Part shown: positions 9,638 to 19,213 of the stretch, piece by piece | Position numbering within the stretch: the first letter of the stretch is position 1 | Layout: the number at the start of each line of letters is the position of its first letter | Assembly (NCBI GenBank): GCA_016282255.1 | Contig: JAEEKE010000026.1 | Coordinates: 19,990 to 83,989 of the forward strand | Direction: 5' to 3' | DNA from: Bacillota bacterium | GTDB lineage: Bacteria; Bacillota; Clostridia; Christensenellales; CAG-138 | DNA length: 64,000 nt | The notes under the pieces: generated by a model | Told to the model about the DNA's origin: nothing | The model's database searches: none | The model's input: the letters and a program-made list of their open reading frames with translations, nothing else | Translations under genes and position numbers: made by a program

Positions 9638-10900
9638 TCAGGCGATATTGTCTTCGTGCCTTGCGGTCTGCTTATAGACGTACTTCGGCGGCTCGGTCTT
9701 CTGAACGGAAGCAAGGGTGATGATGACCTTCTCAACATCGTGCCTCGAAGGCGTCTCATACATAACGGGCAGCATGATGTCCTCGAGGATGGCCCTGAGG
9801 CCGCGGGCGCCGGTGTTGCGCTTGATGGTCAGCTTCGCGACCTCCACGAGCGCTTCGGGCTCGAATTCGAGCTCCACGCCGTCCATTTCGAACAGGCGCT
9901 GATACTGCTTGACGAGCGCGTTCTTAGGCTGGGTAAGGATGCTGATCATAGCCTCCTCACTGAGCTGATCGAGCGTGACGATGATCGGAACACGGCCGAT
10001 GAATTCGGGGATAAGACCGAATTTGAGCAGATCCTCGGGCAGGATGTCCTTCAGAGTTTCGCCGATGTCCTTCTTGATGTTGGACTGGATATCCGCGCCG
10101 AAGCCCATGTTCTTCTTGCCGGTGCGCTTCTGGATGATCGTTTCGATGCCCGCGAAAGCGCCGCCGCAGATGAAGAGGATGTTGGTCGTGTCGATCTGGA
10201 TGAACTCCTGATGCGGATGCTTCCTGCCGCCCTGCGGGGGAACGGAAGCGACGGTGCCCTCAAGGATCTTGAGCAGCGCCTGCTGCACGCCTTCGCCGGA
10301 AACGTCGCGCGTGATGGAAGGATTCTCGCTCTTTCTGGCGATCTTGTCGATCTCGTCGATGTAGATGATACCCTTCTGAGCGCGCTCGATGTCGAAATCG
10401 CAGGCCTGCAGAAGCTTGAGCAGGATGTTCTCCACGTCCTCGCCGACGTAGCCGGCCTCGGTCAGCGCGGTCGCGTCGGAAACGGCGAACGGAACGTCCA
10501 GTATGCGGGCGAGGGTCTCGGCGAGCAGCGTCTTGCCGCAGCCGGTAGGCCCGAGCATGACGATGTTGCTCTTGCCGAGCTCCGCTTCGACCTTGGTCTT
10601 CGGAGCGTAGATGCGCTTATAGTGATTATAAACAGCAACGGCAAGCGTCTTCTTCGCATGCTCCTGACCGATGACGTAATCGTCGAGCGCGGCAACTATC
10701 TCCATCGGCTTGGGAAGATCGGCGACGTCGGAGGGCTCGTTGTCCCTGTATGCGAGGTCGTCGCGAATCATCTCATTGCAAGCCTCGACGCATTCGTTGC
10801 AGATATAGACGCCGGGTCCTGCAAGGATGCGCTCGACCTCATGCCTGCTCTTGCCGCAGAATGAGCATTTGATTTCTTCGTTTTCAGTGCGTTTTGCCAT
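9638..10900 (-). CDS. clpX: ATP-dependent Clp protease ATP-binding subunit ClpX
   Basis: N-terminal zinc finger CSFCGK...CNEC, Walker A GPTGCGKT, Walker [10 protein letters not shown], and GARGLR near the C-terminus. Confidence 0.97.
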   Translation of the reverse strand: MAKRTENEEIKCSFCGKSRHEVERILAGPGVYICNECVEACNEMIRDDLAYRDNEPSDVADLPKPMEIVAALDDYVIGQEHAKKTLAVAVYNHYKRIYAPKTKVEAELGKSNIVMLGPTGCGKTLLAETLARILDVPFAVSDATALTEAGYVGEDVENILLKLLQACDFDIERAQKGIIYIDEIDKIARKSENPSITRDVSGEGVQQALLKILEGTVASVPPQGGRKHPHQEFIQIDTTNILFICGGAFAGIETIIQKRTGKKNMGFGADIQSNIKKDIGETLKDILPEDLLKFGLIPEFIGRVPIIVTLDQLSEEAMISILTQPKNALVKQYQRLFEMDGVELEFEPEALVEVAKLTIKRNTGARGLRAILEDIMLPVMYETPSRHDVEKVIITLASVQKTEPPKYVYKQTARHEDNIA

Positions 10901-10967
10901 AAAACGGATTGACCATGCCCGCCGCCTTTAAGGAAGCGGGCTCCTTTCGGTGTTAAAAAGTCTTCTT

Positions 10968-11555
10968 TCAGCGCTTCGGAGGAACGATCTCGTCGATGAT
11001 ACCGTATTCGAGCGCCTGTTCGGGGGTCATGAAATTGTCGCGCTCGGTATCGAGAGCGATCTGCTCCACGCTCTTGCCGGTGCGCTTTGCGAGGATCTCG
11101 TTGAGCTTGCTGCGGGTGCGCAGGATCTGCTCGGCATGGATCTTGATATCACTTGCCTGACCCTGCATACCGCCCAGGGGCTGGTGGATCATGATCTCGC
11201 TGTTGGGAAGCGATTTGCGCTTGCCGTCCGCGCCGGCCGCCAGCAGCAGGGCGCCCATGGAGGCCGCAAGGCCGATGCAGATCGTAGATACCTCGCAGCG
11301 GATGTACTGCATAGTGTCGTAGATCGCGAGGCCCGCGCTGACGCTGCCGCCGGGACTGTTGATATAAAGATAGATGTCCTTATCGGGATCGTCGGCTTCA
11401 AGGAACAGCATCTGGGCGATAACGAGATTGGCGACGTCATCGTCGATCACGGAACCGAGAAAGATTATACGGTCCTTCAGCAGGCGGGAGTAGATGTCGT
11501 AGGAACGTTCGCCTTTGTTGGTCTGCTCAATGACGAAAGGGATAAGCGTGCTCAT
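10968..11555 (-). CDS. clpP: ATP-dependent Clp protease proteolytic subunit ClpP
   Basis: True start is ATG at 11555 with a GGAGG RBS ([26 protein letters not shown]). Catalytic region GLAASMGA. 195 aa. The long track ORF is an upstream read-through artefact. Confidence 0.95.
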   Translation of the reverse strand: MSTLIPFVIEQTNKGERSYDIYSRLLKDRIIFLGSVIDDDVANLVIAQMLFLEADDPDKDIYLYINSPGGSVSAGLAIYDTMQYIRCEVSTICIGLAASMGALLLAAGADGKRKSLPNSEIMIHQPLGGMQGQASDIKIHAEQILRTRSKLNEILAKRTGKSVEQIALDTERDNFMTPEQALEYGIIDEIVPPKR

Positions 11556-11610
11556 AATGACCTCCGGGATCGGTTTTCCGGCGTACCTAAAGCGCGCCGC
11601 AGCGGGGTGA

Positions 11611-12894
11611 TCAGGCTTCAACGGCGTTTTCCGTAACGAAGCGGATAACGGCCTCGAAGAGAGCCTGGCTTGCGTATTTCGAGCGGTTCTTCTCAAGCTC
11701 GGCGCTGATCTTCTCATCATCCCAGTGCTGACCCTGTTCGTGGCCGGCGTTATGGATGACAGAGCGGTAATCGTCGTCGGTGGGCTTGATATCCTCGGCT
11801 TCGATGATGGAGAGAAGCACGTACTGCGCCTTGAGGTTGCGCTTCGCGCTGTCGGCATATTCGCCGCGCAGCTGCTCGAGCGTACGGTTGGCGTACTGAA
11901 GGTAGCCGTTAAGATCGGCGCCGAACTGATGCATCTGGTCGTCGAGACGCTTGATCTGCATATCGACTTCTTCCTTGATGATGTCGTCATGGATCTCGAC
12001 GGTCGCGTTTTCGATCGCCTTCTCCAGGATCGCGTTCTTGCGGTTCTCGTTCGCGCGGTGCTCGGCGGCCTCCTCAAGCTCCTTGCGGATGTTCGCCCTG
12101 TATTCCTCGACCGTATCGAAATCGGAGGTATCCTTAACGAAATCCTCGTCGAAATCGGGAACGTGCTTGGTCTGGAGCGAATGGAGCGTTACCTTGAAGA
12201 CGACGTCCTTGCCGGCAAGATTCTCCGCATGGTATTCCGCGGGGAAGGTGACGTTGATATCGCGGGTCTCGCCGATATTCATGCCGATCATCTGCTCTTC
12301 AAAGCCCGGGATGAAGGTGTGGGAACCGACCTCAAGGGAGTAACCCTCGGCAGTGCCGCCTTCAAACTGCTCGTCGCCGAGGAAACCGGCAAAATCGATG
12401 ACGGCGGTATCGCCGTTCTCGAGAGGCCTTTCAACGTCCTCGGTCGAGGAGATGTTCTCGCGGCGCTTCAGGATCTCGGCTTCAACGTCCTCATCCGTGA
12501 TATTATACTCCGCCTTGGGGACCGCTATACCCTTGTACTGACCGAGCTTGACCTCGGGGCGAAGGACGACGTTGGCTTTGAAATCCAAGCCGTTCTCCTC
12601 GGAATAGTCGGTGATCTCGAATTCGGGATCGAGCTCGGGCACGAGCTTATGCTCGGTCAGCGCTTCGAAATACGCGTTCTGAATGAGCGCGTCGATTTCT
12701 TTGTCCCAGAAAGCGCTGCCGCCGTAATGCTGCTCGATGACCCTGCGCGGCGCTTTGCCGGGACGGAAGCCTTCCACCTTGAACTTGCCGGCAATGCGGC
12801 GATAGGCGGCGTTGAGGGCATTGGTATAGTCCTCGCCCGGTATATGAATGGAAAGATAAGCTTTTCCGTTTTCGACCTTGATAAGTTCTGACAT
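11611..12894 (-). CDS. tig: Trigger factor (ribosome-associated PPIase chaperone)
   Basis: [13 protein letters not shown] ribosome-binding signature, a central FKBP-like domain, and the canonical tig-clpP-clpX order. Confidence 0.95.
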   Translation of the reverse strand: MSELIKVENGKAYLSIHIPGEDYTNALNAAYRRIAGKFKVEGFRPGKAPRRVIEQHYGGSAFWDKEIDALIQNAYFEALTEHKLVPELDPEFEITDYSEENGLDFKANVVLRPEVKLGQYKGIAVPKAEYNITDEDVEAEILKRRENISSTEDVERPLENGDTAVIDFAGFLGDEQFEGGTAEGYSLEVGSHTFIPGFEEQMIGMNIGETRDINVTFPAEYHAENLAGKDVVFKVTLHSLQTKHVPDFDEDFVKDTSDFDTVEEYRANIRKELEEAAEHRANENRKNAILEKAIENATVEIHDDIIKEEVDMQIKRLDDQMHQFGADLNGYLQYANRTLEQLRGEYADSAKRNLKAQYVLLSIIEAEDIKPTDDDYRSVIHNAGHEQGQHWDDEKISAELEKNRSKYASQALFEAVIRFVTENAVEA

Positions 12895-12984
12895 ATTATC
12901 CTCCGTTTATTCTGAGTCGGTACAGGGACCGCTCCGTGTTCTTGGGGACAAAAATGCTGTGCACATCATTATCCACAATAATAC

Positions 12985-13013
12985 ATTATAACACGGCACC
13001 GCAGAAGTGTAAA
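12985..13013 (-). promoter_or_regulatory. Putative sigma-A promoter of tig
   Basis: On the minus strand, TTTACA, a 17-nt spacer, then TATAAT (-10 at 12985-12990, -35 at 13008-13013). Confidence 0.5.
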
Positions 13014-13080
13014 GGTGGATTCTCATAATATATGCCGAAAATCCTATCAAAAACGCTCTTTGAATACGAGCGGGACGCGG

Positions 13081-13953
13081 TTAATCGAGCGCTTTCTGAA
13101 CGCCGTTGACGTCGATGACGGTATCGCCTGCAAGCAGCAGCTCGCTGACGGTGACGAACTCGTAGCCGCGTTCAAGAGCGGTCCTGATGAGGACGGGGAG
13201 GTACTGCTCTATCCTGTAGCCGTTGTTGTGGCAGAGGATGATCGATCCGTCCGCGAGCCTGGGCAGCACCGAATCGAGTATCTGCTCGGAGGTGCGCTCC
13301 TCCTTCCAGTCGATCGTGTCGATATTCCACTGGATCACCTCATAACCGTTCTCACGCAGAGTCTTGATGACGTTGTCGTTATACTCGCCGTACGGCGCCC
13401 TGAACAGCTTCGTTCTCCTGCCGATAAGCGGCTCGATCGCCTTTTCGAATTCGTCAAGCTCGGCTTTTATCGCCGATGAAGAAAGCTTGCTCATATGCGG
13501 ATGCGTCATCGAATGATTGCCGATCTCATGCCCGGCCTGCGCGATCGCCTTTACCTTTTCAGGATGCTCCTTGACCCAGAATCCGCAGAGGAAGAAGGTG
13601 GCGGGAATATCGTATTCCGAGAGCGTGGAGAGGATGAACTCCGTCTTGTCGTCCTGCCATGCGGCGTCTATCGTGAGCGCGATCTTCTTATCGCTCCGCC
13701 TGACGCTGTAGACGGGCAGCTCCTTCATCAGTCCCGGAAAGACTTCGAGCTCGTATTCCTCCACGATGTTAGCGCTGGCTCCGATGCTCGGATCATCGTC
13801 CGGATCGGCATTGACCTGCGCATCGCGGCCGGAAGACTCACCGCCGCCTTCCGGCTTCGTCAGCACCACCGTCAGTATAACGGCCAGCAGCAGGACGGCA
13901 AAAACTATCAGCCCTGTCGCGAGAGCCTTTTTCGAAACCACATAAACCTTCAT
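13081..13953 (-). CDS. Polysaccharide deacetylase family protein (NodB domain; PdaA/PdaB-like, membrane anchored)
   Basis: Start at ATG 13953 with a GGAGGC RBS. N-terminal TM segment. NodB motifs LTIDAAW, HEIGNHSMTHP and LFRAPYGEY. Confidence 0.8.
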   Translation of the reverse strand: MKVYVVSKKALATGLIVFAVLLLAVILTVVLTKPEGGGESSGRDAQVNADPDDDPSIGASANIVEEYELEVFPGLMKELPVYSVRRSDKKIALTIDAAWQDDKTEFILSTLSEYDIPATFFLCGFWVKEHPEKVKAIAQAGHEIGNHSMTHPHMSKLSSSAIKAELDEFEKAIEPLIGRRTKLFRAPYGEYNDNVIKTLRENGYEVIQWNIDTIDWKEERTSEQILDSVLPRLADGSIILCHNNGYRIEQYLPVLIRTALERGYEFVTVSELLLAGDTVIDVNGVQKALD

Positions 13954-14099
13954 ATAATGCCTCCGATCATGCTTTATGTTATTAAGCATATGCAGGCAAA
14001 ACTCCATAATGACGAGCCGCAATAAGCCGGCGCCGTACGAATAAAAAGGGTTCCCGTGCGGATAATAAGCGAAAAGGACATGTTCGGGAAGGAGAACCA

Positions 14100-15701
14100 A
14101 TGAACGCACTGCTTTGGCTGGAGGATAAGCTTCGGTTCGACAGGGAGGACGACCGTTTCGAGCTGCTTGAGACCGAGCCGGGAAGCCCCCGAAAATGGAG
14201 CGGCTGGAATGAAACGGCACGCGGCAGGAAGCATGGCCGCTCAAAGCCCATACCGAGTTCGCTGCGCGCCGCGGAAAAAGCGCTCAGGGCTTTATTCAAT
14301 GCCGACGAGAATCCGGACGCCGTGTTCAGGCATATAAAGACTCCTTCGGGGAAAAAACTGCTGATAGTCTATATGAGCGGTATGGCGGACGCAGAAAGCA
14401 TAGCAAAATGCGTGATAGCTCCGCTGCTTTCGGCGGAGGACGACGGCGGCGGAGATCCGCGGTTCATAATGGAGGAGATCATCACAATTCCCGAAACCGA
14501 TCTGGAAAGTGATGTTAGCCGCATAAGGGAAGCGATAACGGACGGAAAAACGGCCGTTATCACCGGGAAAGGCCGCTGCGCGATACTCATCGACACCCGA
14601 GGATATGAGAAGCGCGCGGTAAGCGAACCGCAGAACGAGAGGATCGTACGCGGGCCGAAGGAAAGCTTTATAGAAGCGATACAGACGAACGTAACGCTGA
14701 TAAGACGGCAGGTCAGAACTAACGATCTTATCGTCGGATACTATCCGGCCGGAGGGGCCAACAACACTAAGCTCGCGCTCATCTACTGCAAGGGTTTTAC
14801 CAACGAAAGCTTGGTAAAGGAAGTCAAAAAACGCCTTGAAAGCGCGGCGTCGAAGTTTATCATAAGCACGGGCACGATCGAGCAGTTCATTGAGGACGAC
14901 AGGCTCTTTCCTCTGCCGCAGACGCTGACTACCGAGCGGCCGGACAGGGCGGCGGCCGCGCTGATGCAGGGCGCCGTCGTGATCCTGTCGGACGGCAGTC
15001 CGTTTGCGCTGCTGCTGCCGATAACCGTTTCCATGCTGATGAGCAGTCCGGAGGACGCCTATATGCGAAGGCCGCTCGGGAGCGTGATCCGTTCCGTGCG
15101 CTATGCGGGAGCGCTGATCTCCATACTGCTGCCGGGTTACTTTATCGCTTTGGCCATGTACCATCAGGGCCTTCTCTCGACCGAGGTACTGAGCACGGTC
15201 ATAAAATCAAGGGAGATGGTCTTCGAGCCCCTGCCCTTTGAAATGCTGCTGCTCCTCTTCGTTTTTCAGCTGATACGGGAAGCCGGCATGCGCGTGCCGG
15301 GCAGCGTCGGGCAGGCGATAGGCGTCATCGGCGGACTTATCCTCGGTCAGGCCGCGGTCGCCGCAAATCTCGCAAGCACCGTGATACTAATAATCGTGGC
15401 GATCTCGGGGCTCGGCAATCTCTGCATCCCCGATTATTCTACTCAGATCGCGGCTTCCTATTTCCGCTTTGGGTTCGTGCTCGCCGCGTGGATGGGCGGG
15501 CTCCTCGGCATGACCTCGGCAATGCTTCTCTTTATTGCCTATATGGCGAATATGAAATCCTTCGGCGTGCCGTTCCTTGCGCCGTTCGCGCCGAAGACCT
15601 ACTCAAAACGGCCGTTCGTTTTCAGAGGCAGGCTCGGACGCCATATGCGCGCGGAGGATTATCTGAACACGAACGACGATAAGAGGCTCGGTACGGAATG
15701 A
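14100..15701 (+). CDS. Spore germination protein, GerA-family A subunit
   Basis: GGAAGGAG RBS. 533 aa with a soluble N-domain plus a C-terminal membrane domain, motifs typical of GerAA/GerKA (ERPDR, LIREAG.R.P), followed by B and C subunit genes. Confidence 0.85.
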   Translation: MNALLWLEDKLRFDREDDRFELLETEPGSPRKWSGWNETARGRKHGRSKPIPSSLRAAEKALRALFNADENPDAVFRHIKTPSGKKLLIVYMSGMADAESIAKCVIAPLLSAEDDGGGDPRFIMEEIITIPETDLESDVSRIREAITDGKTAVITGKGRCAILIDTRGYEKRAVSEPQNERIVRGPKESFIEAIQTNVTLIRRQVRTNDLIVGYYPAGGANNTKLALIYCKGFTNESLVKEVKKRLESAASKFIISTGTIEQFIEDDRLFPLPQTLTTERPDRAAAALMQGAVVILSDGSPFALLLPITVSMLMSSPEDAYMRRPLGSVIRSVRYAGALISILLPGYFIALAMYHQGLLSTEVLSTVIKSREMVFEPLPFEMLLLLFVFQLIREAGMRVPGSVGQAIGVIGGLILGQAAVAANLASTVILIIVAISGLGNLCIPDYSTQIAASYFRFGFVLAAWMGGLLGMTSAMLLFIAYMANMKSFGVPFLAPFAPKTYSKRPFVFRGRLGRHMRAEDYLNTNDDKRLGTE

Positions 15702-16801
15702 GCATCAAAACAGGCAGGATAGGCAAACAGGAAGCGATCAGCATAACGGCCGTCTCGCTTGCGGCGGAGGGGCTGTTTACCGCGGAATCGCGAGGGCTCT
15801 ACAAAACGGGGAACTGTTCGTATCTGACCGTTCCCGCAGCGCTTTTTATCTCTGCTATGATCGCGCTCATCGTTTTAAGAGCAATGAAAAAGCGCGGCGC
15901 AGATAGCCTTGTGAAGCTGCTGACCGTTTCGTTCGGCCGGTTTGCCGTCGTCCCCGGTGCGGTCGTCTTCATTATGCTGATCTTCTCGGCCTATCTTCCG
16001 ACATCGGAATTTGTCTTTGCGATGCACGGCCTGGTCTTCGAAGGAGCGAGCTATGAAAGGCTCGTGCTGTTCATCCTTCCTGCTGTGTTCATCCTTTGCG
16101 TATTCGGATTCGAGACGATCGCAAGGACGGCGAAATGTGTTGCGCCGCTCCTTATCGCCGTGCTTGCGGCGTCGATACTCTCCGCTTCTAGCGAGTTCAG
16201 AATGTATAGGCTGTTTCCGTTTCCGGGGAAGGCGCCAAAAGAGATTTTGACGGAGGTCTTTCGTCTGATCGGTGCTTTTCTTCCTACCATGACCGCTTTC
16301 CTGATCGTTTCGGACGGCATGAACGATATGAAAACAGCGGAGAGCGCATTAAGGACCGCCGCGATCGCCGCAGGTGCGATCTGTTTCGCCGCGCAGCTCG
16401 CGCTCAGCCTCATCTACACGTTTGCGGGGCTGGAGAAGGTCTATATGCCGCTTTTCAGGCTGAACCATCTGAACCTGTTCGAGGCTCACTTGATGCGGCT
16501 CGACAAGCTTGCTCACATGATCTGGCTCGGAGGATCGATCGTTTCGGCAGCGTTCCACGCGTTTGCGGCTTCGAAGCTCGCTGCGGAACTGTTTTCAATG
16601 AAAGACGTTCGTCCGACAGCGGCGGCAGCAGTCCTGCTTACCGCGATACTGATACTTATCGATGCGGACGGCGGCAACGAGACTTTCGGAATACTGAAAG
16701 CGTTCATAGTCGATAACGGCACGTGGATACTGGCCGTACCGATACTGGCGGCGGCGCTGGCTGCAGCGAAGAAAGGAGTTTTGCTTGAGAAAAAGGCATA
16801 G
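15698..16801 (+). CDS. Spore germination protein, GerA-family B subunit (APC-type permease)
   Basis: ATGA overlap with the A subunit. About 10 TM segments, 367 aa, and the middle position in the ger operon. Confidence 0.8.
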   Translation: MSIKTGRIGKQEAISITAVSLAAEGLFTAESRGLYKTGNCSYLTVPAALFISAMIALIVLRAMKKRGADSLVKLLTVSFGRFAVVPGAVVFIMLIFSAYLPTSEFVFAMHGLVFEGASYERLVLFILPAVFILCVFGFETIARTAKCVAPLLIAVLAASILSASSEFRMYRLFPFPGKAPKEILTEVFRLIGAFLPTMTAFLIVSDGMNDMKTAESALRTAAIAAGAICFAAQLALSLIYTFAGLEKVYMPLFRLNHLNLFEAHLMRLDKLAHMIWLGGSIVSAAFHAFAASKLAAELFSMKDVRPTAAAAVLLTAILILIDADGGNETFGILKAFIVDNGTWILAVPILAAALAAAKKGVLLEKKA

Positions 16802-18005
16802 CATGGTTATACGGATACTGGCTTTGATCGCAGCGGCGATCCTGATCGTTCCATCGGTCTCGGCCTGCCTGAACCCGATCGGCATAGACGAATGCGCCTA
16901 CGTGGTGGCGATCGGCGCCGATCTCGGAACGGAAAAGAAATACGAGCTGACCTTCGTGGTGCAGCGCGAAAGCACGGGGGATACGACGGGCGATAACGGG
17001 GGAGCTATCATCCTTTCGGCCGAGGGCGACAATATCTTCGACGCTGTAAACGAGCTCTCACCGGGCGTCGACCATCAACTCAATTTCACCCGTACTCACG
17101 CGATCATATTCGGCGAAGCGCTCGCAAGGAAGGGGCTTATCGACGACTTTACGGACGTTTCGCTCGACGTGCTCAGGATAAGGACCTCGGCGTTTCTCGT
17201 CGTGACCCGATGCTCCGTTCGGGAATACATAGGCGGGCTTGCCGCGAACGACGAGCCGAATCTCGCGAAAATGCTGGATGATATCATATCGGACGTTCGT
17301 ATAACAGGCCGGATCGCGGCGATCAACCTAGCCGGCTATTTTGAAGCCAGTGAGGGACGCTTCGACGCCGTTATGCCGCTTGGGTACTACGACGGTTCGA
17401 TAATAACCGATACCGCCGAGAAGGACAGTGCAAAGCAGGGCCGGGATCCGATCAAGGATGCGGAAGCGGGGGAAAGGATCGGCGGGATGCAAAGCCTGAC
17501 AAAAGGTGCGGCGCTCTTTGACGGAGGCACGATGACGGGCGTTCTTGATGAAGAGGAAACGCTCTTTATGAATATGGTCCGCGGCGAATTCAGGCAGGGG
17601 ACGATAGATTTCGAACAGGACGGCCGAAAGGCTTCGATCTACCTAGTGCTGAAAAAGCGAAAGATAACCGCGGAACGGACGGGCAATGCAATGGCGTTTA
17701 CCGTCCGGTTGCGCCTCGGCGTGACCGTCAAATACGACGCCGGCATTGGGATCGGCGAAAATTGGAACGAGTCCGAAAAAGAGGCGATTGCCGCTTATAT
17801 CAAATCGGAGCTTATGCGGGTGCTTGAAAAATGCAAAGCGTCCGGCTGTGACGCGATGGGGCTGGGACGGTATGCGTCGATGCTGTTTTCGGATACGGAC
17901 GAGTTTTATGGATTCGATTGGAAAAGCCGGTATCCGGACTGCGCGGTTCGGTTCGAAACCGAGCTCGATCTCGACGATGAATACATCGCGGGCACAGGAA
18001 GTTAA
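16785..18005 (+). CDS. Ger(x)C family germination lipoprotein
   Basis: TTG start preceded by AAGGAG at 7 nt. Lipobox PSVSAC. 406 aa, third gene of the ger operon. Confidence 0.8.
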   Translation: MRKRHSMVIRILALIAAAILIVPSVSACLNPIGIDECAYVVAIGADLGTEKKYELTFVVQRESTGDTTGDNGGAIILSAEGDNIFDAVNELSPGVDHQLNFTRTHAIIFGEALARKGLIDDFTDVSLDVLRIRTSAFLVVTRCSVREYIGGLAANDEPNLAKMLDDIISDVRITGRIAAINLAGYFEASEGRFDAVMPLGYYDGSIITDTAEKDSAKQGRDPIKDAEAGERIGGMQSLTKGAALFDGGTMTGVLDEEETLFMNMVRGEFRQGTIDFEQDGRKASIYLVLKKRKITAERTGNAMAFTVRLRLGVTVKYDAGIGIGENWNESEKEAIAAYIKSELMRVLEKCKASGCDAMGLGRYASMLFSDTDEFYGFDWKSRYPDCAVRFETELDLDDEYIAGTGS

Positions 18006-18026
18006 CGAAGGAACGGTAGGACGAAA

Positions 18027-18185
18027 ATGACTATACTTCTGTTGGCGGCGGCATGTGTCGCGTATAACGGTCTGTATATGTATCACTGCGCGCGGACCGG
18101 AAACTACAGAGCAGTTGTCGGAACGGGGATACTTATCTTCGCCGCGGCGGCCGGCGCGCTGCTGTTCGGATCCACTCTGAGATAG
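18027..18185 (+). CDS. Possible small two-helix membrane protein (52 aa) downstream of the ger operon
   Basis: ATG 21 nt after the gerC-like stop, weak RBS (GGTAGGA). Hydrophobic sequence MTILLLAAACVAYNGLYMY...GILIFAAAAGALLFG. It is below the ORF-track size cut-off and was translated by hand. Confidence 0.3.
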   Translation: MTILLLAAACVAYNGLYMYHCARTGNYRAVVGTGILIFAAAAGALLFGSTLR

Positions 18186-18229
18186 CTCTCCGCACTCAAA
18201 ATATATAACGCCCGATATCGCTCCGACAC

Positions 18230-18258
18230 TTGCTTTAATCGCCTTTTTGTATTATAAT
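18230..18258 (+). promoter_or_regulatory. Putative sigma-A promoter of tRNA-Ala
   Basis: TTGCTT, a 17-nt spacer, then TATAAT, ending 28 nt before the mature tRNA 5' end. Confidence 0.55.
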
Positions 18259-18285
18259 GCCAATGCTGTTCGAAAGAACGCATAC

Positions 18286-18361
18286 GGGGCATTAGCACAG
18301 ATGGTAGCGCGCAACGTTCGCATCGTTGAGGTCAGGGGTTCGAATCCCCTATGCTCCACCA
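18286..18361 (+). tRNA. tRNA-Ala (anticodon CGC), CCA encoded
   Basis: A 76-nt cloverleaf folded by hand. Acceptor GGGGCAT/ATGCTCC carries the Ala identity pair G3:U70. Anticodon stem CAACG/CGTTG with loop TTCGCAT. T-arm AGGGG TTCGAAT CCCCT. One A12-C23 mismatch in the D-stem. Confidence 0.93.
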
Positions 18362-18363
18362 TC

Positions 18364-18400
18364 AAAAAGCAGTGATTTGTCTACCAAATCACTGCTTTTT
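18364..18400 (+). terminator. Rho-independent terminator of tRNA-Ala
   Basis: AAAAAGCAGTGATTTG tcta CCAAATCACTGCTTTTT, a long perfect stem with a T-run. Confidence 0.8.
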
Positions 18401-18401
18401 G

Positions 18402-18576
18402 AATGATGTTTGCCCTTGCGGTCAAATGATGTGCCTTCGGCAATGATGCCGCTTCGCTGATGATGTATCCCTGCGGCACATGAGGGCAAACATCGCATCA
18501 TTGCGACCGGAGGGAGCAACATCATTTCAGAGCGCAGCGGAGAAACATCATTGCGACCAAAGGGAGCAGCATCATT
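18402..18576. repeat. Palindromic array of eight heptamers: 4 x (A)ATGATG then 4 x CATCATT, with related 17-26-nt units
   Basis: Forward copies start at 18402, 18425, 18442 and 18459. Reverse-complement copies start at 18496, 18520, 18546 and 18570. Units 18496-18519 and 18546-18569 differ at 3 of 24 nt. GATGTTTGCCCT (18405-18416) is a perfect complement of AGGGCAAACATC (18483-18494). Confidence 0.85.
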
Positions 18577-18628
18577 GATAACACCTTTTGTCTGCTTGGG
18601 CAAAAAAGGACCTTCTGTTATTCCCCAG

Positions 18629-18657
18629 TTGAAAAGCATACTCGAATGTGCTAATAT
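18629..18657 (+). promoter_or_regulatory. Putative promoter of the orphan islet gene
   Basis: TTGAAA, a 17-nt spacer, then TAATAT, about 30 nt upstream of the RBS of the 18689 gene. Confidence 0.45.
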
Positions 18658-18688
18658 TTTGATAATACTGGCAATTGGAGAAAGCAAC

Positions 18689-19063
18689 ATGGATTTAATT
18701 GAAGAGTATTTGATTAGTATTGCGAACATGAAACTTTCGTTAGACGATTACGGCGATCGAAAGAAAGTTCGAAAGAGCAATAGACTTGCTGATCGAAACA
18801 GAAAGATTGCCGCTAGGATCGAGCAAAAGTATCCGGAGTTGAAAAATAGATTTATTTGCCTAATAAATGCTGAAGATGAGGATATCCGATTATGGGCAGC
18901 CCATCATGCCTTGGAAGTGATGTCTTACGATTACCCGGACAGGAAAAATGCTCTCCGGGTCATTAAGTTCATAGCAGAAAACAGCCCGGACAGCTTGCAA
19001 AGACTCGGAAACTCAATGTGGTTAAAACAGTATTATGAAGAGCATCCGGCGGACATTGAATGA
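18689..19063 (+). CDS. Hypothetical small helical protein (124 aa); resembles DUF2019/HEAT-like immunity-type proteins (recall-based)
   Basis: GGAG RBS 8 nt upstream of the ATG. AT-rich codon usage unlike the neighbours. Has its own promoter and terminator. The family call is from memory only. Confidence 0.55.
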   Translation: MDLIEEYLISIANMKLSLDDYGDRKKVRKSNRLADRNRKIAARIEQKYPELKNRFICLINAEDEDIRLWAAHHALEVMSYDYPDRKNALRVIKFIAENSPDSLQRLGNSMWLKQYYEEHPADIE

Positions 19064-19133
19064 TGGAGATGTCCGGTGTACTTTTGGACGTTCTTTCTAT
19101 ACTTTGGTGCATTTTTACGCGTTCTTTCCCACT

Positions 19134-19162
19134 AAAAAGCTCAGCAAACACTGGGCTTTTTT
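19134..19162 (+). terminator. Rho-independent terminator of the orphan islet gene
   Basis: AAAAAGCTCAG caaaca CTGGGCTTTTTT (one G-U pair). Confidence 0.65.
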
Positions 19163-19213
19163 CTATGATATTTTTGTTGACTGTGTGTTTGATTGTGTAC
19201 TTTTTATACTCAA

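Noticed and set aside
10901-10967. Short GC hairpin (GCCCGC...GCGGGC) between clpP and clpX
   Set aside because: The stem is only 6 bp with a 13-nt loop, which is not distinguishable from chance in GC-rich DNA.
11556-12077. N-terminal 174-aa extension of the clpP ORF
   Set aside because: The extension overlaps the tig 3' end and is Arg/Ser/Thr-rich. Canonical ClpP begins at ATG 11555, which has a GGAGG RBS.
18402-18576. CRISPR array
   Set aside because: The repeats are only 7 nt (about 24 nt at most with flanks), they occur in both orientations, the spacers are related to each other, and there are no cas genes.
18349-18729. 126-aa ORF on the - strand across the heptamer array
   Set aside because: It overlaps the tRNA-Ala gene and its terminator and crosses the promoter of the next gene. 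The MM/HH dipeptides are simply the heptamer repeats translated.
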